Position numbers and translations under genes: made by a program. Positions 23,526-37,045 of a stretch of DNA of 64,000 nt are shown in pieces (within the stretch, counting starts at the first letter, position 1; the number at the start of each line of letters is the position of its first letter). The stretch comes from Octopus vulgaris (Eukaryota): NCBI GenBank assembly GCA_951406725.2, contig OX597824.1:26660001-26724000 (forward strand), read 5' to 3'. The notes beneath the pieces were generated by a model, which had not been told where the DNA came from, made no database searches, and was given only the letters and a program-made list of their open reading frames with translations.

Positions 23526-23731
23526 TATATATATATATATATAAATTAGAGAAAAACCACTATTATGCAATTCAAACAATGATAGACATAAACCATAAAC
23601 CATATATGTCTTATATATCTAGATATATCAAGCATATATCTAGATCACACAAAGTACAAAATAATGAATAAACATTATATAATAAGTAAAAAGAAATAAT
23701 AATATTATACTAAATAATAATAATATACTCC

Positions 23732-23790
<59 letters not shown>

Positions 23791-24106
23791 TGTATGTATG
23801 TATGTATGTATGTATGAATGTATATGTATGTAGATATGTGTATGTATATATATATATATATAATATTTTTATATTCATTCCCTTTTCCTTTGAAATTGCG
23901 CATTTCGTGGTTTGGACTAACTGCCCTTTCTAGCATGTAAGGTGTCCAGTTAAAGGTCACCTGTTTCGTGTATAAATACATAAATTGTTTGTACACTATT
24001 ATATATGAAAATACATTGTCTATTGGCATTATTACGCATGCTACCCACTGGTATGAAAGTTTTTCTAAATTTTATACCCTTATTATTTTCACAGTATTTA
24101 TATATA

Positions 24107-24755
24107 GGCGTAGGAGTGGCTGTGTGATAAGTAGCTTGCTTACCAACCACATGGTTCCGGGTTCAGTCCCACTGCGTGGCATCTTGGGCAACTGTCTTCT
24201 ACTATAGCCTCGAGCCGACCAAAGCCTTGTGGGTGGACCATGTAGACGGAAACTGAAAGAAGCCCGACGTATATATATGTATGTGTGCGTGTGTGTATGT
24301 TTGTGTGTCTGTGTCTGTCCCCCTAGCATTGCATGACGACCGATGATGGTGCGTTTATTTCCCCGTAACTTAGCGGTTCGGCAAAAGAGACCGTTAGAAT
24401 AAGGACCGATAGAATAAGTAGTAGGCTAACAAAGAATAAGTCCCGTGGTCGATTTGCTCGACTAAAGGCAGTGCTTCAGCATGGCCGCAGTCAAATGACT
24501 GAAACAAGTAAATGATTAAAGAGAGTTAAGAAATATATATATATATACATATATGCGTGTGACTCTGTGTGTGCGTATTTTTGTGCGTTCCCCGTAACTT
24601 AGCGGTTCGGCAAAACAGACCGTTAGAATAAGGACCGATAGTATAAGTAATAGGCTCACAAAGAATAAGTCCCGTGGTCGATTTGCTCGACTAAAGGCAG
24701 TGCTTCAGCATGGCCGCAGTCAAATGACTGAAACAAGTAAAAGATTAAAGAGAGT
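24107..24755 (+). mobile_element. SINE family 2, full length, with tandem duplication of its 3' half
   Basis: Head GGCGTAGGAGTGGCTGTGTG; 24360-24590 repeated at 24590-24825. Confidence 0.9.
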
Positions 24756-24987
24756 ATATATACATATATATATATATATATATACATATATGTGTGTGAC
24801 TCTGTGTGTGCGTATTTTTGTGCGTATGTAAATATATATACGTATGTTGTACGTTACGAAACTATGCATTTATGTACGTATGTATACATTGTTAAGCTAT
24901 GTATAAACACTACTTCTTTTCTTCAACGGTTTTCACAAAAAGAAATATGGAACATACATTAATACTTTGTGCATACGCATACACACA

Positions 24988-25023
<36 letters not shown>

Positions 25024-25322
25024 TAACAGCAACAAGAAAATGAACGATGAAAATAACAATACCGAGGACACGTGATGCATATTTTATGGTGCACAATATA
25101 ATGCAAAAAAAAAAAGAAGCAACATGACGGAGACAGCTCTGTATATTATATTTGTGCAACATTACTCTGACAACAAATGTATTTGACAGTATAATACAAT
25201 ATAACTGCAACAGCCGTTGCAATTATTTATTGCATTTGGTTGTAATAACAATAATAATAATAATAATGATGATAATGATGATGATTATGATGATGATGAT
25301 AATCATGATTGGAAGAGTTATC

Positions 25323-25824
25323 ATCTTAACTGATTGGAAGTGTTATCATGTACATTGTTTTGTCTTGGTATAAAAGATGGGCTACAGCAAATATTCTGCT
25401 CAATACCACAGATTTGCTTGTCAGTTGTTTGACCTTAACCAGTTGAGCATGTCCCTTAGTGGCTGACGATATGTGCAGAAGTAGTGGGGGAGCATCATAG
25501 CCATGTGTTGAGAGGGATTCTTTGGGGTTTGAATAATTCACCTCTGGAAACATGGGTGGTTCTTTCAACATCCTTAAACAACCCTTATTCAGGGACCTTT
25601 TGAGCGGGATGGGCTACTCAACCTGAAGAAAATTCTAACTGGGCCCCCACCTGCAAGGTCATGTGCTGTTTATCTTGATATGAGATCACCATGTCGCGCA
25701 CATATGGTTGTGATGCATGTGCCTGGTGTACCTTTATCAGACGGGTAGTCATGATGGGTATATTGGGCTTCGTATATTTTACCCCAGTGTCACTTTGATG
25801 ACATGCACTGCTCTCTCACTCAAA

Positions 25825-25890
<66 letters not shown>
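25323..25890 (+). mobile_element. Probable non-LTR retroelement 3' end with (AAT)n tail
   Basis: About 500 bp of higher-GC sequence ending CTCTCTCACTCA followed by (AAT)n. Family not identified. Confidence 0.5.
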
Positions 25891-25994
25891 CCTTTCTACT
25901 ATAGTCTCAAGGCCTGGAATTTGCCGGGGGGAAAGTATAGTCGATTACATCGACTCCGAAAGGATGAAAGGCAAAGTCAACCTCGGCGGAATTC

Positions 25995-26220
25995 GTGTAG
26001 CTTCGTTGGATTGCCTCAAGTTCTGAGATTAATTTGACACTGGTTGGTGACCATAGCTGAGAGCAATTGTCAAAGTGGCTTAGGAAAAGTGTCCTCCAGA
26101 GAACCATCATGGTTTCCTGATTTCTTGTTCCAAAAGTTCTAAGAATCCATCCGGTCAGCCGCCTGCATTTCATTGCCAATTTAGCAACATGCACATGGAA
26201 GTATGTATCGTTACTCATGT
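25995..26220 (-). mobile_element. CR1-group LINE ORF2 fragment
   Basis: GWILRTF...HFDNCSQLWSP...LEAIQR, homologous to the 43860-44885 element. Confidence 0.8.
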
Positions 26221-26464
26221 ATGTATGTATGTATGTATGTATGTATGTATGTATGTATGTATGTATGTATGTATGTATGTATGTATGTATGTATGTATGT
26301 ATGTATGTATGTATGTATGTATTTTTATGTGTTCAATTACAATAAAGAAGTTATATTAATCTGATAGCTAACTCTACACATTTGCAGAGTAAAAATGTAT
26401 TATTCTTATACAAGAATACTACTCAGAGTGCTATCGAAATTTCGTCCAGCTAAGCCATCATACG

Positions 26465-27385
26465 CTACTCTAAGCAGTAGCATATAAGATGGAGATTGTC
26501 GTGGATCAACCTGCCCGGGATAGGGCACTTTGCGCTTCCTCTACAAGTCTGTTCACGACACGCGCCAACCTTTTCGCTAGCACTTTGGCCAAAATCTTTA
26601 ACTCTGTGTTCAACAGTGTTAGGAGTCTGAAAATTCCTATTTCGTCCCCCTTGCTCGGGTCCTTCCTGATCAACGCACCAGCCCTCCGCTCGCAGGCTTA
26701 GGAATTCTCCCATTCTGCTACCAATTGGTGTAGACGCTGGCCAGTAGGCGCCCGAACAAGACTGGCATACTGTTATAAAATTCATAGGGTAGACCATCGA
26801 GACCCGGCGACTTCTCCTCGGAGCATTCGCCTAGCATCTCGATCACCTCCTTGGCCGTGATTGGGCCTTCACAGCACTCAGCTTCTCATGCCGATAGACG
26901 CGGGTCACCAGACAGGAAGCCTCTAAGGGCCTCACCATGATTGAGAGCCCCTCCCTCACACATCTCGTCCTCGACCGAGCTCCCATTGTCATCAATAAGA
27001 GACCTTATTGTGGCATCATTCCCACGCTGGATTTCTACCATATGGGCCCATCCGGCAACATTAATTAGCTCACGGCCCAATGCGCGCGCTTTAGTCCGAA
27101 CTCTGCAACCCTTATGTTTGGCTTTGAGATGACGGTCCAAGTCCGTTCTCGCTGCCAAAATGTGGGATGCAGAGCCCAACCTAAACGCCTTCTCTAGGTC
27201 CTTAACTAGTTACCCTTCTATTCTAGCCTTATCTAGTCTTAGTTAGTAGCTAAACCTAACAGACTCGAAACGAATGGCTCTCTTGAGGGCGAACCACCAC
27301 TTGTTATTAACTACAGCGCCGGTTAACGCCCTCTGTACTAGTTCCTCAATCCGGCTACAATATCTCTCGCAAGTCAAAATAGGTT
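26465..27385 (-). mobile_element. Decayed L1/Tx1-clade LINE ORF2 fragment
   Basis: Minus strand FRLLTLLNTELKILAKVLAKRL and IPGRLIHDNLHLI, RT motifs typical of L1/Tx1. Confidence 0.85.
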
Positions 27386-27849
27386 TGTTTAGCTTCCCGT
27401 GCCTCAGGTTTCAAGGGGTGGGAAATTTTGTTTTTGCAGGGGCTTGTGTGCGCAGGGGTTGGATCTTTCCGTTGTTTCGTGGGAGTGGGTGGGAGTGTTT
27501 GTCTTTGCGGGGACTGTTCTGTGTGCGTGCTTGTGTGTTGTCTGGGGGAGTTGTTTAGCTTCCAGTACGATCGGAAGCAAGCTTCTTACCACACACTTTT
27601 GTACTATACATATATCTATCAGTGGCTGATATATACTTAGATACATATATATGTTTGTACACACATATACATATGTATAGTGTGGACCTAAAGTCAAGCA
27701 CCAATAAGTTCAATACGCTCCAGAATTGTAAAAGTCGTGTTTCAATATTCGTAAAATTGAATAAAATAAATAAAATAAGATGAATGCTCACATACTTGTA
27801 CATGATGAGCAAAATGAATAATAGTAATAATAGCCATGAAATTTTGGGG

Positions 27850-28335
27850 GAGGTGTTCGTCGATTACATCACCCCCACCCCCACAGTGTTTTACTGGTAC
27901 TTAATTTATCGACCCCGAAAGAATGGGAGGAAAAGTCGATCTTGGGGGCTAAACACAGAGAAGACAAACAAGGACAGACAAACGGATTAAGTTGATTATA
28001 TCGACCCCAGTCCGTAACTAGTACTTATTTAATCGACCCCGAAAGGATGAAAGGCAAAGTCGACCTCGGCGGAATTTGAACTCGGAACGTAACGGCAGAC
28101 GAAATACCTATTTCTTTACTACCCACAAGGGACTGAACACAAAGGGGACAAACAAGGACAGACAAACGGATTAAGCCGATTATATCGACCCCAGTACGTA
28201 ACTGGTACTTATTTAATCGACCCCGAATGGATGAAAGGCAAAGTGTACCTCGGCGGAATTTGAACTCAGAACGTAGCGGCACACGAAATACCGCTCAGTA
28301 TTTCGCCCGGCGTGTTAACGATTCTGCCAGCTCTA
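27850..28335 (-). mobile_element. SINE family 1 multimer
   Basis: Two to three tandem units with the same internal junction as at 8350. Confidence 0.85.
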
Positions 28336-29185
28336 TACCTTGATAAATAATAATAATACTAATAACGTAAAATAAATAAAATGTTATATGTTTTGGTGCA
28401 TGACTTTTGGTCCGCCCTCTATATACACGCACGCATTATATATAAGCCTCCGACGTTGCAGGGTGCGCTAAAATGTTTGCGTAAATATCTTATATTGTGA
28501 TGTAAATACATGCGTCTCATTACGAGTCAACATTCATGATACAAAGAATACAATGACTAGAATTTTTGAATGAATTTACTGATGAGATGTTCAATATTGT
28601 GTGACCTGAATCAGAACTATTTTGGGACAGAGTAAAGAAACACACACCCTGCCGAGGTTTCCCTTTTTGTTTTGCATCTAACTGGAGTTTCTTATATAAC
28701 TTTCTAAACTTTGCACAAAGCCAGCAACTTTGAGTAGATGGGGCAATCGATTACAGATTGGTATTTTATTTTATCGACCCTGAAATGAAAAGCAATATCG
28801 GCTTCGTTGGAATTTGAACGCAGAATGTGAAGAACCGGAAGAAACGACACCAGTCCTTTTATCGACGTGCTAATGATTCTGCCAGATCGCCAATTTTATT
28901 TTAATAATCAATCACTAAATTTTTCAGTGGCAGCCAACCCCTTCTCACCACAATCTGACGCGTTTATTTATTTATACAAAACATGAATGAAAGCAATTAA
29001 CCGCCATTCTTAAAGGGCAGCCATCGACTTTTTCTAGCCAAACGTTTTCTTTTTAAACTATTTAAACGCTGTTCATAGATTCTTGTGCTTCGAGATCACC
29101 CACAAAAATATAAGAAATATATCCACAGGCGAACACACAAAGTACATCACTAAATGATTTTTATAAAAAGATTTATGAACAACCA

Positions 29186-29545
29186 GGCGGAGTGGCTGTG
29201 TGGTAGGTAGCTTGTCTACCAACAACATGGTTTCGGGTTCAGTCCCACTGCGTGGCACCTTGGACAAGTGCCTTCTACTATAGCCTCGGGCCGACTAAAG
29301 CCTTGTGAGTGGATTTGGTTGACGCAAACTGAAAGAAGCACGTCGTATATATGTATATATGTGTGTATCTGTGTTTGTCACCCCCAAAATCGCTTGACAA
29401 TCGATGCTGATGTGTTTACGTCCCCGTAATTTGGCGGTTCGGTAAAAGGCTTACAATGAATAAGTCCTGGGGTTGATTTTCTCGAATAAAGGCGGTGCTC
29501 CAGCATGGCCGCAGTCAAATGACTGAAACTAGTAAAAGAGAGTAA
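29186..29545 (+). mobile_element. SINE family 2
   Basis: Head, CORE-like segment and GGCGGTGCTCCAGCATGGCCGCAG tail. Confidence 0.85.
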
Positions 29546-30507
29546 CAAGAACTAGTTTTATAAAAGTTTTATTTCAATTTTTCCATTTTATTCCAGCATT
29601 AACCAGTCGTTTTAAACAATCGAAACCAGTGCACGTCATGATAGAGTTCAGTCTTTTCGTATTTTTTTTTTACTCTCCCTCCTTTTTTAATATACGTATC
29701 ATGCAATCTGAGAACTGTAAAAAGAAGAATCAGCACCACTATTATCCATTGCATCAAGAACATCCTTAGACAATTTTGTGCTTTCTCTTGTATTCGTGAG
29801 TAATAACGTTCTGTAATTAGATTCGGTAGCTTTTCTGTTTTGTAAAAATACAGCCATGTCTATCATTAATACCCTTAAAACTACGTCTAACTTTATTGAT
29901 AACAAAACTAACCTATTTTCGTTCTAATTAAAAAAATTTTTCTTGTATGTAACGAGAAATGGTTGATTATTTTCGAAAGAGTTTGCTGGTTAGTAAACAT
30001 GAAATGTAAAGTATACAGCTTCACCAAACATTAATCTAACAAAGGATCACCGGACGTTTTCGACAGACTTCGTAACTTTTGGTATTAGGAAAATGCATAA
30101 TCGTAGGGGTATTGTCGTTGGCATTAAAAGGCAGCAATGCGCCAGAATCGGTATCCGGCATTTCGTCCTTTACGTTCCGAGTTCAAAATCTCTTGGGGAC
30201 GAAATCGCCGTTCACAATTGATAATATCAGTAGTTGTTGGGATCCTGAAGTCTATTTAATCGATGTACCCCTTCCTCAGACCTGGTGGTGTTGTACCAAA
30301 TATAATTAGCATCTGCTGACACAAAATGTCCCCTACATCTAAACTTTATCCATAGGGCATGCGACTGCTTCAGATACAAAGCGTTTCATTAATTAGACGA
30401 GGAAGGAAAAAAAAAATATGACTAATGTTTTGTTAATGCTTCAAAGAAATTGCAAAAAATACATCCACATTTTATAAACTGTTACTTTCTCAGATGCTGT
30501 AGGAAAT

Positions 30508-30558
30508 TTTGTCGGTGAACAGGTCGCGATGTCAAAGCGACGAAATTATTTTGACAAA
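30508..30558 (+). ncRNA. Type I hammerhead-like motif with G3:C8 core variant
   Basis: UUUGUCG-GUGAACA-G-GUCGC(9 nt)GCGAC-GAA-A(UUAU)U-U-UGACAAA: 7-bp stem I, 5-bp stem II. Confidence 0.45.
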
Positions 30559-30802
30559 TTATATTTGAAAGTTGAATTGAATATAACGGTATTTGTGTGT
30601 TTTAATTTTTTTTAATGGTTTATAAACACCTTCCATGCTGCAATATTAAAAAAAAAGATCTTTATTTTGAATATGCAACATAAAACAAGACAATGAGATT
30701 TTAATATCTCAAAATGATTCTTTAGTTTAATAGCGGAGCAATATATTCACATGTGTATAATATACCTCTCAATCGATTTATAATAAAGTTTATATATAAC
30801 AT

Positions 30803-31926
30803 TTAATATTCTTCTATCTCATCTTCCGTTTCAGCTGAATCAATACCAACTTCTTCATAATCTTTCTCCAACGCAGCCAAATCTTCGCGCGCTTCCGAAA
30901 ACTCACCTTCCTCCATACCTTCACCAACATACCAATGAACAAAAGCTCGCTTGGCATACATTAAGTCAAATTTACGATTCAGACGGGCCCAAGCGTCAGC
31001 AATAGCTGTCGTATTGCTCAGCGAGCACACGGCCCGTTGGACCTTGGCCATATCTCCTCCAGGGACAACGGTTGGGGATTGGGAATTGATACCAACTTTA
31101 AACCCTGTTGGGCACCAATCCACAAACTTGATGGATTTTTTATTTTTAATTGCTGCAATAGCAACGTTAACATCTTTCGAGACCACATCGCCTCGGTACA
31201 ACATACAACAAGCCATGTACTTCCCACGGTGAGGGTCACATTTAACCATCTGATTACCGGTTTCAAAGCACGCGTTTGTTATTTCAGAAACATTTAACTG
31301 CTCGTGGTACGCTTTCTCAACCGATATTATTGGTGCATACGAAATCAATGGGAAATGAATACGTGGATAAGGTACAAGGTTGGTTTGAAACTCGGTTAAA
31401 TCGACATTAAGGGACCCATCAAACCTTAGAGAAGCAGTAATAGAGCTCACTACCTGAGCAATCGGACGATTAAGGTTGATGTATCTTGGATACCCAACAT
31501 CTAAATGCTTTTTACAGATATCATAAATTGCTTCATTGTCGACCATGAAAGCGCAGTCACAATGCTCTAGAGTGGTATGAGTGGTTAAGACGGAATTGTA
31601 CGGTTCTACTACAGCTGTAGAAATTCGTGGTGCCGGATAGACTGAAAATTGAAGCTTTGTCTTTTTACCAAAGTCAACACTCAGGCGCTCCATTAGCAGA
31701 GACGTAAAACCAGAACCGGTGCCGCCACCGAAACTATGAAAAATCAAGAAGCCCTGGAGGCCAGAGCATTGTTCAGTTACTTTATGAATTTGGTCACAGA
31801 CCGAATCAATGATTTCCTTGCCAACGGTATAGTGACCCCTGGCGTAATTGTTGGCTGCATCCTCTTTACCACTGATGAGTTGGTTCGGGTGAAATAACCG
31901 GCTGTATTTTCCAACGCGTATTTCAT
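30803..31926 (-). CDS. Alpha-tubulin copy B, exon 3
   Basis: Same motifs and splice acceptor as copy A (offset 20192); intact to EEY-stop. Confidence 0.97.
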
Positions 31927-32414
31927 CTGGAAAATAAGATTTTGAGCAATAATATATCAAACTGGCAATATAAAAATCAAAAGAGTTTTCTTATATTAGA
32001 GGAGTATGAAATGTAGAGATTCTCAAACAGTTACTTGCTTTATCAGTTCAACAAAATACTTCCATGTACGACATTCCTCAGAATATACTGCTAACAATAT
32101 TTACATTCAAATACCGGATACATAAACACTTACTATTCAACTCACATTTAACCGATTTTATAGTCGACACATTTTACTGCCGTGATCAGTTCTGTTGTAC
32201 AACAGAATTTTGAAATATTTTCCAATATTCAAGAAAACGGCGTTCGGAAATATAGCAGTAAAAAAGGAACCACTGCTTCATCACAAATCTTCGAGTTTTT
32301 TTTCCAACACAGAAAAACATAGAAGATTGATTAACCAGAACATTAAATGCGCGACAGGGCAATTCCTTGTTTAATTTATTTTTGTAAATACAATTTTGAA
32401 ACGTTTATACTTAC

Positions 32415-32631
32415 CGATAACTGAGGGCTCCAAATCGACGAATATGGCTCTGGGGACACGTTTCCCAGAGCCTATCTCATGAAAGAACGTGCTACACGAA
32501 TTATTTGCACCGGAAGATTCAAATGATACTTGACCATTTTGTTGGATTCCATGTTCAAGGCAATAGAGCTCCCAACAGGCGTTACCTATTTGGACGCCTG
32601 CTTGTCCTATGTGAACGCTGATACATTCTCT
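32415..32631 (-). CDS. Alpha-tubulin copy B, exon 2
   Basis: [12 protein letters not shown]...EPSVI with canonical AG/GT boundaries. Confidence 0.96.
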
Positions 32632-34638
32632 CTGAAAAAAAAGTTGTATAATAGAATTATTTTAAAAGCTAGAGAAATCGGACAAAAGTGGGAGTTGAGC
32701 CCAAAAGGGAGCATTGCCGTGGTGTCCTGCCTGTTAGAAATAGTCGAATTCCTTCCGATCATACCCTATTGATTAACAAAATGTTTATATCACGCGAACT
32801 CTGAATTTGGAAAAGATAGAAATGGTAACTGAAACGCATTTTTAACACAAATTTTCGCCAACAAGGTTTCGTGAGGTTTCAACAAGAGCCATGCAGAGCT
32901 ACATAAGAACCTTTAAAATGTTTTTGGAGAAATGAAAATAACTGCAATAAGTTGTCTGAGAGCTAAACCATTATACCACAAGAGATAATAGCACAAGATT
33001 TATAAATTCAAATCTAATTAAGCACACAAATATTTTAAAACAACCTTCATGTTTAATGTAAGTATTCCGTTCTACTTCATTTCAACACCACTTTACATCG
33101 AGACAGTTTCTTCCAGTATAGCTGTGGGTCAATCTAGTAAACGGAAATGGATTTAGCGGTGGCCATGTGGACGCCCGTCAAATAAACTGTAAGGGAAAGT
33201 GCACGATGACAATATTTTTTTTAATGTGCGCTCCCTTACGAAAACTATATCAGTTAAGTAAATGGCCTTCCATAAATTCTTTAAAAAATAATCTAACACT
33301 TTAGACAATTATTGCAGTTCTGAGTATATAAAACAAATTTGGCTGGAGCCAAATGAGTAAACCAAAATAAGATAAATCTGCCTCTTCAGTTCTCCAGAAT
33401 CCCATTCGAAAACAGACTCGTACATCAATATTTATCGTTAGACACCAGAAAGATCAAAAACTAAAAGAAATTAAATACCTCGGTCAAATGAAAGGCGATC
33501 AAAGGAAAACGATACACATGAAAATAAAACTCGACTAAAGCTAAAATATTCTCCACAGTTTCTTTACGATCTGCTGGGGTAGCTCTTCCCGAGAGATTTA
33601 TACACGAAGCAGTTAAAGTAGGATTGAAATTGGTCACTCCTTTTACACTATTTTAGACATTTTTTGAAACCCGACGTGTTAACAGTAAAAGCTATACGGC
33701 AGACACGGAAAACATACCCAGAAAATATTGCAGTTTCACAATAGAGACTATATTAAGTAAATGAAAATATTAGTAAATTCTGACAAACGATTTAAATTCA
33801 AAATTGTATTTAATATTTTTTTATACAGTGCTAAATACAATTTTGTGAAGATTAGAAGATGGTTAGTGTAGACCGAATTGAAATTAAATGCAGTTTTTTT
33901 AATACAAAAATTGTTAATGGGTTAATTATAAGCAAGGGATGCGAATAGAGGGGTAATGTTTCCAATGAAGAGGGATTGTATAAGTCTATATTCCTTCGTT
34001 GTAAATTTTGAAGAGTTTTTCTCTAAGTTTTCACGGTCACCGTTATGTAGCTCTAGACAAAATCACTGATTTTAAAAAATTCTTAACGACATACTAACTA
34101 AAAATCAAAGGTTTTTTTTCTAAATGCTTTTAAAGTTTTCTATACGTTTGTTTCTCATGTAATGTAGTATGCCGTTACATGGCAACTTTTGGCTGTCACA
34201 TGTTGCTTTCAAATCTAGATGAAAATTCAATTTTAAAAATTCAATATTTGTCGCTATTATGCAAAAGGGTCGAAAGTCCCAAACGCTGCTTTTTCAGAAG
34301 GAAAAAAGTTTCACCATTCCACAGAAAAACCGTTGTACTGCACTTTGACAATTTTCGATATCTTGCCATCTGAAGCAACTAGAGATCCTGTTATTTCGAC
34401 CAAAAGAACCGGCTATTGCAAATAAAAATAAATACTGAATAAAACGTATTTGGCTAAATTTAGACGTACGACAGTTTAACATAATAGCAACCTATAAACA
34501 TTGCGAAAGCAAGAAAAGAATTTCACTAATAAATATGCACAAAATATTTTGTAAATGTGAATAAAGGTTATTATATTCAAAACTGGATTTCCCATAAATT
34601 TGGAGAGGCAGACTAGAAATAAACCGTAGCAAATTTAC

Positions 34639-34641
34639 CAT
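34639..34641 (-). CDS. Alpha-tubulin copy B, probable exon 1 (ATG only)
   Basis: acaacaATG|GTAAAT as in the other two copies. Confidence 0.65.
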
Positions 34642-35471
34642 TGTTGTCGCGCTGTTTCTGTACCGTTCAAAGTGGAGTCAATAAACAAGACGGTGGTTTT
34701 GCTCTTGGCCTTGCTACAAATAGTAATATTTTTTACTCTCCTCCTACTCTTACTCTTATACTACTCCGTGTTAGCCAATTGTGATCGTATGTTCGAAGAC
34801 AGTCTCAAACTGAAGGGTGTGATTTTGAGGGGGGTAATAAATTAATTTTGATTTAATTTTCTTTTTTTCAATTTAACACCCCTATAACTACAAATGGCTA
34901 AGCTTAACGGAATGGTTCACATATTGAAATAATTTCATCAACTAATAAACCGAAAGAACAGAGAGGTGGGAGTTGAAGTTCTTGCATACGGAGCACCACA
35001 AATTTAAATCTAAAAAGGAACAACGAAGATGCTATTTGAACGCGATAATTTTTCATTTGAAATTGGATTATTTTGCTTTTATTCTTCAGTGGCGAAGGGT
35101 ATGTTTAGAAGATTAATTAAATTCACAAACTGAGAATGATGTTTTAGTTTCAATCTGCAGCTGAAGTCATTTCTGTTTATTTAATGCCCTGAAGTAATTT
35201 CAGTCTAATGAGTTCGCGGTAGTCATCGAAAAAAGAATGAATATTCCAGCCTCCAATATATTCTTCCTTCTACAAAATTAAATTGGGACTGTTATATATA
35301 ATTTCTATCCTTTATGAGTTATGATTTTTAAAAAATTGCTCACCAAATACAGAAGCAAGCATAATCATACAACTCCGGACACATAATGTCTTTTAATATT
35401 TTCCTACATCCCTTCACATCTAGTCCGAAATCCCAGGAGAGTTGCTACAACATTTGTCCGTCTGAATCAGT

Positions 35472-35772
35472 GTTTGTTACTTCTCGAACCACGCCTGGCT
35501 CATTAGGGCCGGTTTCCCGGTTTTCTTGGCGTATAGGTTCCCCACCTGGACGGGACGCCGGTCCGTCGCAGGTGTGCTGCAAGATGCTAGAGGAAAGAGT
35601 GAGAGAAAGTTGTTGCGAAAGAGTCAGCAGAAGTTCGCCATTACCTTTTGCCGGAGCCGTGTGAAGCTTAGGTGTTTCGCTCATAAACACACACATCGCC
35701 CGGTCTGAGATTCGAACCCGCGATCCCTCGACCGCGAGTCCGCTGCTCTAACCACTAGGCCATGTGCCTCCA
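35472..35772 (-). mobile_element. SINE family 3 (ortholog of 4964-5263)
   Basis: Same sequence and same flanks. Confidence 0.85.
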
Positions 35773-35860
35773 AGTTTGAATCATTAAGGCATAATTATCC
35801 ACAAACTACAGAAGGTCATTTGAAATATTAGGAATTCATATATTTTTTAAAAAGTATTAC

Positions 35861-36760
35861 AAGAAGAAAGCTTGTTAAAGAAAAGGAAGGAAAGTAAAGA
35901 GGAAGAAACACGGCATGATATTCCAACAACATCAAGAAGGGAAGCCAACGTTAAAAATCAAGTGGGACTACAGGAACAAGTAACTATAAAAGAACCGAAA
36001 AATAAATGACATATTGTGACTTACACGAAAAGCACGGAGATTGAAAAGGAAATAACGAAAATGAAGTCGGTAATAAGAGTGAAGCTAACAATAGAATACT
36101 ATCCAGAGAGTAAAGGCGGCGAGCTGGCAGAAACGTTAGCACGCCGGGCGAAATGCGTAGCCGTATTTCGTCTGACATTACGTTCCGAGTTCATATTCCG
36201 CCGAGGTCGACTTTACCTTTCATCCTTTCGGGGTCGATAAATTAAGTGCCAGTTACGCACTGGGGTCGATGTAATCGACTTAATACCTATGTCTGTCCTT
36301 GTTTGTCCCCTCTATGTTTAGCCCCTTGTGGGTAGTAAAGAAATAACTATCCAGAGAGTACCAAGGCAATTGTAATTGACAAGGAGAGATGCGCAAGACT
36401 AAGAGAATGCTTCGGAAATAGGATAGACCCAGCAGGAGTACGCGTGGAGTTCAACGTCTTGCCATTTTATAGATTATGAGGACCTACTGGCTTACATAAA
36501 ATGGTGAAAAAAGTAAGTAAATGTTTGAAACCCTGATGATTGTAACACACATGCAAAAAAGGAAAAAATAAGAGGAAAAGAATGATAAAAACATTAAATG
36601 ATACTGCTTGCGAGTGGGGAGCATGCAGCCATTTCATCTTCATCATTATTGTTCATCCTTCATTCGTTCCTTCTGTGTTTTTTTTTGTCCCCGCTGTGGT
36701 ATTCTGTCTGTTCTTGTGCTGTCCCCTCTGTGTATAAGCCTGAGTGCTTAAATAAAGAAA
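35861..36760 (+). mobile_element. Probable 5'-truncated ORF1-only element (3' end), interrupted by a SINE
   Basis: A K/E-rich frame continues in phase once the SINE and one TSD are removed. Ends GTCCCCTCTGTGTATAAGCC...AATAAAGAAA, similar to the family 1 tail. Confidence 0.5.
36113..36345 (+). mobile_element. Full-length SINE family 1, 15-bp TSD
   Basis: TSD actatccagagagta at 36098-36112 and 36346-36360. Confidence 0.92.
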
Positions 36761-36813
36761 AGAGTTCGTACCAGTCACGAGGCCAAACATCTCTGAAAGT
36801 TTTATCCGAATCC

Positions 36814-37045
36814 TATTTCTTTACTATCCACAAGGGGCTAAACACAGAGAGGACGAACAAGGACAGACAAACGGATTAAGTCGATCATATCGACCCCAGT
36901 GCGTAACTGTACTTATTTAATCGACCCCGAAAGGATGAAAGGCAAAGTCAACCTCGGCGGAATTTGAACTCAGAACGTAACGGCAGACGAAATACCGCTA
37001 AGCATTTCGCCCGGCGCGCTAACGTTTCTGCCAGCTCGCCGCCTT
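36814..37045 (-). mobile_element. Full-length SINE family 1
   Basis: Reverse complement of 36113-36345. Confidence 0.9.
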
